DNA of 64,000 nucleotides, from assembly GCA_902523065.1 (NCBI GenBank), contig CABYXZ010000001.1:194473-258472 (forward strand). Direction: 5' to 3'. The notes below the pieces were generated by a model. The model saw only the letters and a list, made by a program, of their open reading frames with translations, ran no database searches and was not told the origin of the DNA. The position numbers were made by a program, and so were the translations under genes. Source of the DNA: an uncultured Marinoscillum sp. (GTDB lineage Bacteria; Bacteroidota; Bacteroidia; Cytophagales; MED-G16). Below, piece after piece: positions 48,149 through 58,357 of this stretch (position 1 is the stretch's first letter; every line of letters begins with the position of its first letter).

Positions 48149-49893
48149 TCTGATAATTTAATACCTAACTCATCTAACTGATCATTATCAATTATTGATG
48201 GGGAATCTATCATCACATCACGTCCCGATGTATTTTTTGGAAAAGCGATAAAGTCTTTTATTGATTCCTCTCCAGCAAATAATGAACAAATTCTATCAAA
48301 GCCAAATGCAATACCACCATGAGGAGGTGTACCAAATCTAAATGCGTCTAATAAAAAGCCAAATTGATTTTTAGCTTCTTCCTTAGAGAAACCAAGGACC
48401 TCAAAAATAGTTTCCTGAAGTTTTCTATCATGAATTCTAATTGATCCACCACCTATTTCAACTCCATTAATTACTAAATCGTAGGCATTTGCTTTAATAT
48501 TTCTGGTATCATTTTTAATTGATTCAATATCATCTGTTAAAGGAGAAGTAAATGGATGATGTACTGAGTGATATCTATCTGATTCTGAATCCCAAATAAA
48601 GAGAGGAAAATCTACTATCCATACTGGTTTAAAAATTTTATTATCAAACAAATTTGTTTTTTTACCCATAAGTAATCTTAATTCAGAAATTGCTTTTAAG
48701 TTTTGATTCTCTTCTCCTGCTAATATGAGAATTAGATCACCTTGATTTGCTTTACATAATTTAGAAATACTTTTAAGATCATCAGAGGAATAGAACTTGT
48801 CAACAGAGGACTTAAAAGTACCATCCTCATTAACTTTTAAATAAACTAAGCCCTTAGAACCGATTTGAGGAGTTTTTACATACTCAGTTATCTCATCAAT
48901 ATCTTTTCTTGAGTAGTTAGAACAACCTGGGACTGATATTGCTAGAACAGATTCTGCATCATCAAATACTTTAAATCCTTTACCTTGTGTAACAGATGAA
49001 ATATCACAGATCTTCATATCAAATCTTAAATCTGGTTTATCTGAACCATACATTTTCATAGCATCATCATACTTCATAATTGGAATTTCACCAATATCTA
49101 TATTTAGAATCTTTTTAAAAAGATGACTCATGAAATTACCGAAGGTTTGAATTACATCACTCCTATCTACAAATGACATTTCACAATCGATTTGCGTAAA
49201 CTCAGGCTGTCTGTCGGATCGAAGATCCTCATCTCTAAAACATTTCACAAGTTGATAATACTTATCTAATCCACCTACCATCAGAAGTTGTTTAAATGTT
49301 TGTGGAGATTGAGGCAACGCATAAAATTGACCTTGATTCATTCTTGATGGTACAATAAAATCTCTAGCCCCCTCTGGAGTTGACTTAATTAAAACTGGTG
49401 TTTCAACTTCAATAAAATCAGCATTATTGAAAAAATCTCTAGTTGTCTTCAAAAGCTTGTGTCTAAGTAATAATTTATCTTTTACGTTAGACCTTCTGAT
49501 GTCAAGATATCTATATTTCATTCTCAAATCATCCCCTCCATCAGAATCTTCTTCTATTGTAAAAGGGGGGACCTCAGACTCGTTTAAAACAATAATTTTA
49601 TCAACCAAAACTTCAATCTCTCCTGTATTTAATTTATCATTTTTTGAAGATCTCTCTGAAACGTTACCCTCTACAAATATTACAAACTCTCTTCCACACT
49701 TCTTGGCCGTATTAAAAACATCATTAGATGTGTTTTCTTCTTCAAAAATAAGTTGAGTTATACCGTACCTATCCCTTATATCTATCCACACTAATTTCCC
49801 CTTGTCTCTTACCTTTTGAACCCATCCTGATAGTTGAACTTTTTTTCCCTTATCACTTAACCTTAACTCACCACAAGTATGAGACCTTAACAT
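48145..49893 (-). CDS. aspS: Aspartate--tRNA ligase
   Basis: MLRSHTCGELR, STPEGARDF, ALPQSPQTFKQLLM, CFRDEDLR and PPHGGIAFGFDR. Confidence 0.97.
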   Translation of the reverse strand: MLRSHTCGELRLSDKGKKVQLSGWVQKVRDKGKLVWIDIRDRYGITQLIFEEENTSNDVFNTAKKCGREFVIFVEGNVSERSSKNDKLNTGEIEVLVDKIIVLNESEVPPFTIEEDSDGGDDLRMKYRYLDIRRSNVKDKLLLRHKLLKTTRDFFNNADFIEVETPVLIKSTPEGARDFIVPSRMNQGQFYALPQSPQTFKQLLMVGGLDKYYQLVKCFRDEDLRSDRQPEFTQIDCEMSFVDRSDVIQTFGNFMSHLFKKILNIDIGEIPIMKYDDAMKMYGSDKPDLRFDMKICDISSVTQGKGFKVFDDAESVLAISVPGCSNYSRKDIDEITEYVKTPQIGSKGLVYLKVNEDGTFKSSVDKFYSSDDLKSISKLCKANQGDLILILAGEENQNLKAISELRLLMGKKTNLFDNKIFKPVWIVDFPLFIWDSESDRYHSVHHPFTSPLTDDIESIKNDTRNIKANAYDLVINGVEIGGGSIRIHDRKLQETIFEVLGFSKEEAKNQFGFLLDAFRFGTPPHGGIAFGFDRICSLFAGEESIKDFIAFPKNTSGRDVMIDSPSIIDNDQLDELGIKLSD

Positions 49894-49909
49894 ATAAAAA
49901 TATTTTAGA

Positions 49910-49917
49910 CAAAATTA
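49910..49917 (-). promoter_or_regulatory. Candidate -7 promoter box upstream of aspS
   Basis: The minus strand reads TAATTTTG, 16 bp before the ATG. Confidence 0.5.
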
Positions 49918-49966
49918 ATAGAATTATAAAGAATGGGTTAATTTTTTTTATTTTCTTACACAACGG

Positions 49967-50416
49967 ATGAGTATACTAAAAAATAGAGATGAGCATTTTA
50001 TGAAAATTGCAATCAATGAAGCAAAGATTGCATTCGAAGAAGATGAAATACCTGTTGGAGCTGTAATTGTTTATGAAAATCAAGTAATAGCGAGAGGGCA
50101 TAATCAATCAAAAAGACTTAATGATTCAACAGCGCATGCAGAAATGATTGCAATAACATCTGCCCAGAATACAATTGGAAGTAGATATCTTAATGATTGT
50201 GAGTTGTATGTGACATTAGAACCATGTATGATGTGTTCTGGTGCAATATATCTCTCAAAAATTCCAAAAGTGATTTATGCTTTAGATGATAAACAGAAGG
50301 GATACTTAAGAAATTCTAAGTTAGAGTATAATAAAAAAATTGATATAATTTCAAATGTTCTTGAAGAGGAGTGTAAGGAATTATTAAATACTTTTTTCTT
50401 TAAATTAAGATCATAA
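49967..50416 (+). CDS. tadA: tRNA adenosine(34) deaminase
   Basis: EIPVGAVIV, TAHAEMIAI and LYVTLEPCMMCSGA. Confidence 0.88.
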   Translation: MSILKNRDEHFMKIAINEAKIAFEEDEIPVGAVIVYENQVIARGHNQSKRLNDSTAHAEMIAITSAQNTIGSRYLNDCELYVTLEPCMMCSGAIYLSKIPKVIYALDDKQKGYLRNSKLEYNKKIDIISNVLEEECKELLNTFFFKLRS

Positions 50417-50486
50417 AATACCCATATATTAGTTTAAAATTCTTAAATTAATATTTAAAATATTATATAAAATTAAATAAAGAAAT

Positions 50487-51083
50487 ATGTCATTCACTTT
50501 ACCTGATCTACCCTATTCTTACGATGCATTAGAACCACATTTTGATTCTCAGACCATGGAAATTCACCATTCTAGACATCATAATTTATACATTACAAAC
50601 CTTAATAATGCTATCGAAGGTACAAACATGGAGAATGCAAGTATCGAAGAGATATGCAAAAATCACTCTGAAAATATAGCTGTAAGAAACAATGGTGGCG
50701 GTCACTATAATCACTCCTTATTTTGGAATATAATCTCACCTAATGGCGGAGGAGATCCCCACGGCAAAGTTGCTGAACTTATAAATTCAACTTTCAATGA
50801 TTTTGATTCATTTAAAAGTAAATTTTCAACCGCTGCTATGACAAGATTTGGCTCGGGATGGGCTTGGTTATGTCAAATTGATAATCACCTTGAAATTTGC
50901 TCTACGGCAAACCAAGACAACCCTTTAATGCCAGGGATTTGTAACGATAAGAGTAATCCAATCATAGGAATTGATGTTTGGGAACATGCCTATTACCTTA
51001 AATATCAGAATAAAAGAGCTGAATATATTGATGCTTTTTTTAACGTAGTAGACTGGAATAAAGTCAACGAGAGAATCTCATAA
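50487..51083 (+). CDS. sodA: Superoxide dismutase, Mn-type signature
   Basis: [19 protein letters not shown] (GGG rather than the Fe-type AAQ), TANQDNP and DVWEHAYY. Confidence 0.9.
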   Translation: MSFTLPDLPYSYDALEPHFDSQTMEIHHSRHHNLYITNLNNAIEGTNMENASIEEICKNHSENIAVRNNGGGHYNHSLFWNIISPNGGGDPHGKVAELINSTFNDFDSFKSKFSTAAMTRFGSGWAWLCQIDNHLEICSTANQDNPLMPGICNDKSNPIIGIDVWEHAYYLKYQNKRAEYIDAFFNVVDWNKVNERIS

Positions 51084-51088
51084 ACTTA

Positions 51089-52429
51089 TTGATGAAATCA
51101 AGAAGAAACTTTATACAAAAAAGTGCTGCTATTGGACTTGGAAGTGGACTAATTAGCAGTATTCCAAATTTTTTAATTGCAAAAGACTTAAAAAAAAATT
51201 CACCTAATGAGACAATCAATTTTGGTGTGATTGGTTGTAAAGGTCAGGGTTGGAGCAATATGAGATCAATTCTAAAAAATAAAAACACTGATTGTATTGC
51301 TTTGTGCGATGTTGATGATGATGTTCTTAGTCAAAGAAGTAACGATACAAAAAAACTTACTGGAAATAAACCTAGACTTTATAAAGACTACAGAAAAATG
51401 CTTGAGGACAAAGACATAGATGCTGTAGTTATAGGTACTCCTGACCATTGGCACTGCCTTAATCTAGTTGATACATTAGATTCAGGTAAACACGCATACT
51501 GTGAAAAACCTTTATCCAACTCTATTGAAGAGGCATATATTATGTTAGATGCATCTAAAAAATCAGATAGGTGTGTTCAAGTTGGTCAGTGGCAAAGGAG
51601 TGGTTCACAATATAAAGATGCAATCGAATATTTATCATCGGGTAAACTTGGAAGAATAAGATTAGTTAAGGCATGGGCGTATATGTCATGGTATGGTTGG
51701 GTTGATACAAAACCAGATAAAGAGACACCTTCAGGGATAGATTATGGTATGTGGCTAGGACCAGCTCCAATGAGAAAATTTAATGAAAATAGATTCCATT
51801 TTAATTTCAGATGGTACTGGGATTATGCAGGTGGGCTAATGACAGATTGGGGTGTTCACGAAATTGATATCGCGCTCTGGGGTATGAGAGAGTCAAACCC
51901 TATTTCTGTTATGGCAAGTGGAGGTAGATTTGGATATCCTGACCAAGATACTGAGACTCCTGATACATTGCAGGCAATTTATCAATACAAAAATTTCACT
52001 ATGATTTGGGAACATGCTAATGGTATTGATCAAGGAAATTACGGATTACCGGAGGGGGTTGCTTTTATTGGTAGTAAAGGAACTCTTAAAGTAAATAGAA
52101 GATGGTGGCAAGTAACTTCTGAAAAAGATCAGAGATACACCAAAGAGTTTTATTTTAATGATATGCCAAAAACAAACGGTAAAGGAAATGCTCTCGACAG
52201 ACATACAAAAAACTTTATCGAGTGTATGAGAGATAATAATAAAGAGAATCTTAATTGTAGTTTAGAAGAAGGAAGTATCGCTGCAATTAATGCGCATATG
52301 GGAAATATTGCTTTTAGAACTGGCAAAAAAATTTACTGGGATAAAGAAAAAAGATCATTCAATGATATTGAAGCAGATTCATTTATCAGACCAAAATATC
52401 ACAATGGATGGAAATTACCTTTGATCTAA
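51089..52429 (+). CDS. Tat-exported Gfo/Idh/MocA family oxidoreductase
   Basis: SRRNFIQK twin-arginine signal, GVIGCKGQG, IGTPDHWH, YCEKPL and MTDWGVHEID. Confidence 0.9.
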   Translation: MMKSRRNFIQKSAAIGLGSGLISSIPNFLIAKDLKKNSPNETINFGVIGCKGQGWSNMRSILKNKNTDCIALCDVDDDVLSQRSNDTKKLTGNKPRLYKDYRKMLEDKDIDAVVIGTPDHWHCLNLVDTLDSGKHAYCEKPLSNSIEEAYIMLDASKKSDRCVQVGQWQRSGSQYKDAIEYLSSGKLGRIRLVKAWAYMSWYGWVDTKPDKETPSGIDYGMWLGPAPMRKFNENRFHFNFRWYWDYAGGLMTDWGVHEIDIALWGMRESNPISVMASGGRFGYPDQDTETPDTLQAIYQYKNFTMIWEHANGIDQGNYGLPEGVAFIGSKGTLKVNRRWWQVTSEKDQRYTKEFYFNDMPKTNGKGNALDRHTKNFIECMRDNNKENLNCSLEEGSIAAINAHMGNIAFRTGKKIYWDKEKRSFNDIEADSFIRPKYHNGWKLPLI

Positions 52430-54436
52430 TTTAGATTTTAATATTTTTTTTAACTCAATATTTTCATCTCTTAATTTTGCTGCCTGGTAAAAATCTAATT
52501 TTTCTGCTGCTTCTCTCATCTCTTTTTCATTTTTTGAAATAATTTTTTCAATCTCATCTTCATTCATATTTTTAATGACTGGATCAATTTGTAGATCAGA
52601 GATAAAATTACCTGATTCTATTTTATCTTGGGCAACAACCGTTTGCTCCATAATTTTCTTTTTAGATTTTGAAATTGTCTTAGGAACAATATTATTATCA
52701 TTATTATATTTTTTTTGAATTTTTCTTCTTCTCTCTGTTTCATCAATAGTTGCTTGCATTGATTTAGTAATCTTATCTGCATACATTATAACTTGACCAT
52801 TCACATTTCTTGCAGCTCTTCCAACTGTCTGTATCAAGGATTTTTCATTTCTTAAAAAACCTTCTTTATCAGCATCTAAAATAATTACTAATGAAACTTC
52901 AGGTAAATCTAATCCCTCTCTAAGAAGATTTACACCAACCAATACATCAAAATTACCCAATCTCAATTCTCTTAAAATATTTACTCTATCTAATGAGTCT
53001 ATCTCTGAATGTATATATTTTGTTTTTATTCCACTTTTATCTAGATATTTGGTCAATTCCTCAGACATCCTTTTAGTTAAGGTAGTTATTAATACTCTCT
53101 CTTCTTTTTCAATTCTTTTTTGTATCTCATCTATTATATCATCTATCTGATTATCTGATTTACGAACATCAATAGGTGGGTCAAGAAGACCAGTTGGCCT
53201 AATTATTTGTTCAACAATTGAACCACCTGAACATGTTAACTCGTAATCAGAAGGTGTAGCACCTATAAAAATAACTTTATTAATTAGAGACTCAAATTCC
53301 TCAAAATTTAAAGGTCTGTTGTCAAGTGCTGATGGTAATCTAAATCCGTAATCAACTAGATTCATTTTTCTGGACCTATCTCCTCCCCACATAGCTCTAA
53401 TTTGGGGTATTGTGACATGGCTCTCATCAATAAATAATAAAAAATCATCTGGAAAATAATCAAATAAGCAGAATGGTCTTTTCCCTGGATTTCTTCTGTC
53501 AAAATATCTTGAGTAGTTCTCTACTCCAGAACAGTAACCCATCTCACTAATCATCTCAATATCAAATTCTGTTCTTTCTTTTATTCTTTTTGCCTCACTA
53601 AACTTTCCCTCTGACTCAAAAAAGTTTATCTGCTTTTCCAGGTCATTGCTAATTTCCTTTATTGCAATATCGATCACATCTTTAGAAGTAACAAATAGAT
53701 TTGCAGGGTATATCTGAATTTTATCTTCCTCAGAAATAATTTTACCAGTTAAAGGATCTACTTTGTGTATAGACTCTATTTCATTACCCCAAAAAATAAT
53801 TCGAACAATATAATCGTCATAAGCAAGATAGACATCGACTGTATCACCCTTTAACCTAAAAGAACCTCTTTTGAAATCCTCCTCATATGATCTTTCATAT
53901 AATATATCAACAAGATCATATAATAGATTTTTTAACTTAATCTCATCTCCAACTTTTATTTGAACTACATTCTTACCAAAGTCATCAGGATTACCAATAC
54001 CATAAATACAAGATACTGACGCGACAACGATTACATCTGACCTACCAGATAGTAATGAGGAAGTTGCACTTAATCTTAATTTTTCTATTTGCTCATTAAT
54101 TGACAAATCCTTCTCTATATAAACATTTGTAGTTGGTATATAAGCCTCTGGTTGATAATAATCATAATACGAAATAAAATATTCAACTTTATTATCTGGA
54201 AAAAAACTTTTTAACTCCCCATATAATTGTGCTGCAAGTGTTTTATTATGACAAATAATAAGAGATGGCTTATTTGCTGTGTTAATTACGTTAGCCATAG
54301 TAAAGGTTTTCCCTGACCCTGTAACACCTAATAAAACCTGATGTGTTTCGTTATTCTCTAAACCATTAAGTAGAGATTCTATTGCTTGAGGTTGATCTCC
54401 TGTTGGTTTAAAATCTGCAGTTAATTTAAAATCCAA
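52415..54436 (-). CDS. uvrB: Excinuclease ABC subunit B
   Basis: PTGDQPQAI, LLGVTGSGKTFT, YYDYYQPEAY, DESHVT, NLLREGLDLPEV and a C-terminal UVR domain. TTG start. Confidence 0.97.
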   Translation of the reverse strand: MDFKLTADFKPTGDQPQAIESLLNGLENNETHQVLLGVTGSGKTFTMANVINTANKPSLIICHNKTLAAQLYGELKSFFPDNKVEYFISYYDYYQPEAYIPTTNVYIEKDLSINEQIEKLRLSATSSLLSGRSDVIVVASVSCIYGIGNPDDFGKNVVQIKVGDEIKLKNLLYDLVDILYERSYEEDFKRGSFRLKGDTVDVYLAYDDYIVRIIFWGNEIESIHKVDPLTGKIISEEDKIQIYPANLFVTSKDVIDIAIKEISNDLEKQINFFESEGKFSEAKRIKERTEFDIEMISEMGYCSGVENYSRYFDRRNPGKRPFCLFDYFPDDFLLFIDESHVTIPQIRAMWGGDRSRKMNLVDYGFRLPSALDNRPLNFEEFESLINKVIFIGATPSDYELTCSGGSIVEQIIRPTGLLDPPIDVRKSDNQIDDIIDEIQKRIEKEERVLITTLTKRMSEELTKYLDKSGIKTKYIHSEIDSLDRVNILRELRLGNFDVLVGVNLLREGLDLPEVSLVIILDADKEGFLRNEKSLIQTVGRAARNVNGQVIMYADKITKSMQATIDETERRRKIQKKYNNDNNIVPKTISKSKKKIMEQTVVAQDKIESGNFISDLQIDPVIKNMNEDEIEKIISKNEKEMREAAEKLDFYQAAKLRDENIELKKILKSKLDQR

Positions 54437-54443
54437 TTTATAA

Positions 54444-55175
54444 TTATTTATTCCAAATATCCCAAGATATTTTGGCCTGAGTCTCTAACATCTCAAGTCC
54501 ATTTTTTGTATACGAATTATTCTTTTTTCCTTTAGATAAGAATTTTGTTTGTTTTGGATTGTATACTAAATCATACAAATAACTATTACTATTTAAAAAC
54601 TTATATTGAATATTAGGGAAAGAATCTATGTTTGGTGACATGCCAAGAGGAGTAGTATTAATAATTAATTTATACTTAGAATATATTGCTTCATTTCTAA
54701 TATCTTCATATGAAAAATATGATGGGTTTGAGGTCGATACAATTTTATAATTAATATTTAATTTTTTTAATGCATAGCATATAGCATTAGAGCTTCCGCC
54801 TGAACCTAAAACTAAAGCATTAAAATTTATATTTGGCAGCCATTTTTCAAGTGAAATTTTGAAACCCAAGTAATCTGAATTAAAACCTATTAATTTATTG
54901 TCAATTACTTTTATGACATTTACTGAACCAATTTCTTTGGCAACATTGTCAACTTTATCCAAATACCTTATAATATTTTCTTTGTAAGGAATGGTAACAT
55001 TAAGCCCTATTAAATTTTTTTCTTCTTTTATTGTCTCAGTAAAAGAATCTAATGATGCCATTTCAAAATTTTTATAAATGCTGTCTGTAATTTTCTCTCG
55101 AGAAAACTTTTTGGTAAAGTAATCTTTTGAAAAAGAATGACCTAGTGGGTATCCAATTAATCCAAAAACTTTCAT
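54444..55175 (-). CDS. aroE: Shikimate dehydrogenase
   Basis: GYPLGHSFS, GLNVTIPYKE, GSVN, GFNSD, INTTPLGM, YDLVYNP and NGLEML. Confidence 0.92.
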   Translation of the reverse strand: MKVFGLIGYPLGHSFSKDYFTKKFSREKITDSIYKNFEMASLDSFTETIKEEKNLIGLNVTIPYKENIIRYLDKVDNVAKEIGSVNVIKVIDNKLIGFNSDYLGFKISLEKWLPNINFNALVLGSGGSSNAICYALKKLNINYKIVSTSNPSYFSYEDIRNEAIYSKYKLIINTTPLGMSPNIDSFPNIQYKFLNSNSYLYDLVYNPKQTKFLSKGKKNNSYTKNGLEMLETQAKISWDIWNK

Positions 55176-56056
55176 TTAATAGGCTTTAAAGAATATGATA
55201 AAATAAATGAAATTAATATAAATATAATTGAAAGCTCCATATAATTTTCAATACCTAAGGACTTAGAAAAATCGTTTGGTAAATAATTTCTTCCATCAAA
55301 TTGCCAAGGCCACATTTTGTTTAAGGCACCTAACATCAAACCCGATAATGTAAAAACTGTATTTCTATAATACCTTTTTAATAATAAACTTATAACTCTC
55401 GAAAAAATGATAACACCAGTTATAGCACCAGATAAAAAAATTAAAATTATATCAAAATAAAAATTTGTGAGTGAATTTATTATGTAGTCATATTTTCCAA
55501 GAATTAAAAGAATATAACTTCCTGATATACCTGGTAATAACATTGCTGTAATTGCTATCAAGCCAGAAATAAATACAGAGAAATAACCTTCACCTATCCC
55601 AATTGGATCAATCAATGAGATAAAATATCCTATTAATGAACCAATTGCTATAAATAAAAAATCATAAAATACTGAGGGTCTTAAATTGTAAATTATCTTC
55701 AATGAAGAAAAAAATATCAATCCAAAAAAAAATGAGAAGAGTACAACTCTAAAATTTTCAAGAAGAAAATCAACTAAAAAAGAAAAAGAAATAATTGAAA
55801 ACAAAATACCTATTAGAACAGGAATCAGAAAAGGCAAGTTTAATTGTTGACTTAATTTTTTAAAATTTAAAGTAAATAAATAGTTGATAGATCTTAAATT
55901 AAATGATTTAATAGAATTAATAAAGTCATCATATATACCTAAAAGTAACGCCACTGTACCACCAGATATTCCTGGAATCAAATCAGAAACGCCCATGGCC
56001 ATACCTTTTAAAAAATTATAAAAGGAAATTTTATTAAATAATTTATAAGAAATCAT
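55172..56056 (-). CDS. DUF368 domain membrane protein
   Basis: KGMAMGVSDLIPGISGGTVALLLGIY and a second repeat AMLLPGISGSYILLILGKY. Confidence 0.88.
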   Translation of the reverse strand: MISYKLFNKISFYNFLKGMAMGVSDLIPGISGGTVALLLGIYDDFINSIKSFNLRSINYLFTLNFKKLSQQLNLPFLIPVLIGILFSIISFSFLVDFLLENFRVVLFSFFFGLIFFSSLKIIYNLRPSVFYDFLFIAIGSLIGYFISLIDPIGIGEGYFSVFISGLIAITAMLLPGISGSYILLILGKYDYIINSLTNFYFDIILIFLSGAITGVIIFSRVISLLLKRYYRNTVFTLSGLMLGALNKMWPWQFDGRNYLPNDFSKSLGIENYMELSIIFILISFILSYSLKPIK

Positions 56057-56798
56057 TAAATGTGTCGCCTCTTAAACCAACCCTAATTGTCTCCAGAGAG
56101 ATAACTTCATTTCCAGAAATATTTCCAAGATTAACATTAGGGCCTAACAATTTTACGAACCAAACTTGTTGAGCTTTTAAGGGTGCCTCCCAAATAATCT
56201 TCTCAGTAGGTATCTCAGTTAAAATTTCCTCTACTAATCCCTGTCTTACCTCACCTGATGATCTAAATAGACCAACACTACCTGATTCTCTAGCTTCTCC
56301 AATTACTTTCTTTGAGCCCGCATTGAGTTCAGCTTTCATCTGTCTTATCCATTTATAAGGTGGAATAATTTTTTTTTCATCTTTTGACCCTATTTCTGAA
56401 AATACTGTAACATGTTTTGAAAGCTTTTCAATGTATTCACATTTTTTTTTGTGAGGAATTGATATCGAACCATCAGAGACTTCTGCAAGATTTAGATCAT
56501 ACTCTTTTAAAATTGAAATGTAGTCATCAATTTGACTTCTAATAGCAAAAGCTTCAAATAATGTGCCCCCAAAATAAACGTTTATGTCAGCATCTTTAAA
56601 AAGTTTAATCTTCTTCTTAAGATTATTCATGAAGTTTGAGGTAGTCCAACCAAACTTAATTACATCAAAATATTCTGAACTAGACTCAATCAAGTTCTTA
56701 CATTGTTGAATGCTTGATCCTTTGTCAATTACCATAGTTATACCTTTCGATCTTGGTTTTTTCTCTCTTTTAGGTAAATTTTTTAAATTAAAATTCAT
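56043..56798 (-). CDS. comA: Phosphosulfolactate synthase (ComA family)
   Basis: REKKPRSKGITMVIDKG, KFGWTTS, GGTLFE, EVSDGS, SEIGSK, EARESG and WEAPLKAQQVWF. Confidence 0.88.
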   Translation of the reverse strand: MNFNLKNLPKREKKPRSKGITMVIDKGSSIQQCKNLIESSSEYFDVIKFGWTTSNFMNNLKKKIKLFKDADINVYFGGTLFEAFAIRSQIDDYISILKEYDLNLAEVSDGSISIPHKKKCEYIEKLSKHVTVFSEIGSKDEKKIIPPYKWIRQMKAELNAGSKKVIGEARESGSVGLFRSSGEVRQGLVEEILTEIPTEKIIWEAPLKAQQVWFVKLLGPNVNLGNISGNEVISLETIRVGLRGDTFNDFL

Positions 56799-58207
56799 CT
56801 GTTACCGCTATTTTTAAATTGATTTATAACCCTTATAAGAGCTGATTGACTCTCAAAGTTTGGCACAAAATCAAAAAGAACATCGTGATTATCAAAGTTT
56901 AAAGATAAAGCACTCTCAAGGACATTTATTGACTCTTTATATCTTCCGGCGTCCATCAAATAAATTACAAGCCTGTAGTAGAGCAAAGATTCACCTGGTG
57001 ACTCTTCAATTGCTTGATCAATTATATCAATGGCTTTGTCAATATCACCACTTTCATAATATATTAAGGAAAAATCAAGAGATAACTTATAATCATCTGG
57101 CTGCATTTCGACAGCTTTAGAATATAAATCTATACTAGAAACTAAATTTCCTACCTTAAACTCGGCATACGCCAAAGACTTAACATACTCAATATTTTTA
57201 TTATCAATTTTATATGCTTTCTTGAAAAAATGAATAGCTTCAAACCACTTGTCAAGTTTAGAAAGACTTCTTCCTAATCCAAAATAGGATTCTTTGAACA
57301 TTTGATCAATTTTTATAGATTTTTGATAGAAGCTTATTGATGTAGAATAATCTTCAAGGTAGAAATTAACGTTTCCTAAACATGAGTAAATTTCAGGAGA
57401 CGGACCATCCAGGCTGAGTGATCTGTCAAGATACTTTTTTGCTTGATCAAATTTCTCAAGTTTAATCAATGCCTCTGATATATTTATGTAAGCACTTGAA
57501 TATTCTTCATCAATGGCAATTGAAAATTCAAATGCTTCGACAGCATTTTCAAATTGATCAAGTTTCATATATATATTACCCAAATTGAACCATGCATATT
57601 CTGAATATGGATCTTCATCAATAAATTTTTTATAATACTCGATGCTATTTTCAAGCTCTCCAGTTATTTCAAGGCAATAGGCAAGGTCATAGAGAGCATT
57701 TTCATGATTTAGATTACACTCGATGGCTTTTTTAAAATATTTAGAAGCTTTTTTAAATTTCTTGTCAGCTTGGTAAGCTAACCCAATTTGATAATATATT
57801 TCATCTTTGTTGTCAGATATGTCAAGAGCTTTTTTCAGGATTTTTATTGCACCAGTTGAATCTCCTAAAATTATTTTCACCTGACCAATTAGAATAAAAA
57901 TATTTTCATCCTTAGGGTTTAGGGAGTATGCTCTCTCTAAAGACAATAAAGAATCTGAAAAGTTTTGAAGAGCAATCAGAATATTAGCTCTTTGTATTAA
58001 AAGGTCAGAGGAAAAATTATGTTGAGAAAGGGCAATATTTACTGCCTTCAACCCTAATTTAAATTTATGGTTATCAATATACCACTTTATGATCTTCTCG
58101 TATGTCTCCGAGTCATAGTAAAAATCTAAATTTTCCTTAACTTTTAATTCGAAATCTGAAACTAATCTTTGAATCTCTTCTTGTCTTTTCTTGTATTCTT
58201 CTGCCAT
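56795..58207 (-). CDS. Tetratricopeptide-repeat protein
   Basis: About 10 tandem TPRs (for example AWFNLGNIYMKLDQFENAVEAF). ATG at 58207 preferred over the TTG at 58231. Confidence 0.85.
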   Translation of the reverse strand: MAEEYKKRQEEIQRLVSDFELKVKENLDFYYDSETYEKIIKWYIDNHKFKLGLKAVNIALSQHNFSSDLLIQRANILIALQNFSDSLLSLERAYSLNPKDENIFILIGQVKIILGDSTGAIKILKKALDISDNKDEIYYQIGLAYQADKKFKKASKYFKKAIECNLNHENALYDLAYCLEITGELENSIEYYKKFIDEDPYSEYAWFNLGNIYMKLDQFENAVEAFEFSIAIDEEYSSAYINISEALIKLEKFDQAKKYLDRSLSLDGPSPEIYSCLGNVNFYLEDYSTSISFYQKSIKIDQMFKESYFGLGRSLSKLDKWFEAIHFFKKAYKIDNKNIEYVKSLAYAEFKVGNLVSSIDLYSKAVEMQPDDYKLSLDFSLIYYESGDIDKAIDIIDQAIEESPGESLLYYRLVIYLMDAGRYKESINVLESALSLNFDNHDVLFDFVPNFESQSALIRVINQFKNSGNR

Positions 58208-58283
58208 TTTAATAAACCTTAAAACTAACAATTATATTGTTTATTAATAATTATTTATCAAATGAAATATAATTTTACTTAAT

Positions 58284-58355
58284 GGCCCTGTAGTTCAATG
58301 GATAGAATAGAAGTTTCCTAAACTTTAGATACAAGTTCGATTCTTGTCGGGGCTA
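58284..58355 (+). tRNA. tRNA-Arg (anticodon CCT)
   Basis: Acceptor stem GGCCCTG/CGGGGCT, D-arm AGTTCAATGGATAGAAT, anticodon arm GAAGT-TTCCTAA-ACTTT, GTTCGATTC T-loop. CCA is not encoded. Confidence 0.95.
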
Positions 58356-58357
58356 CA

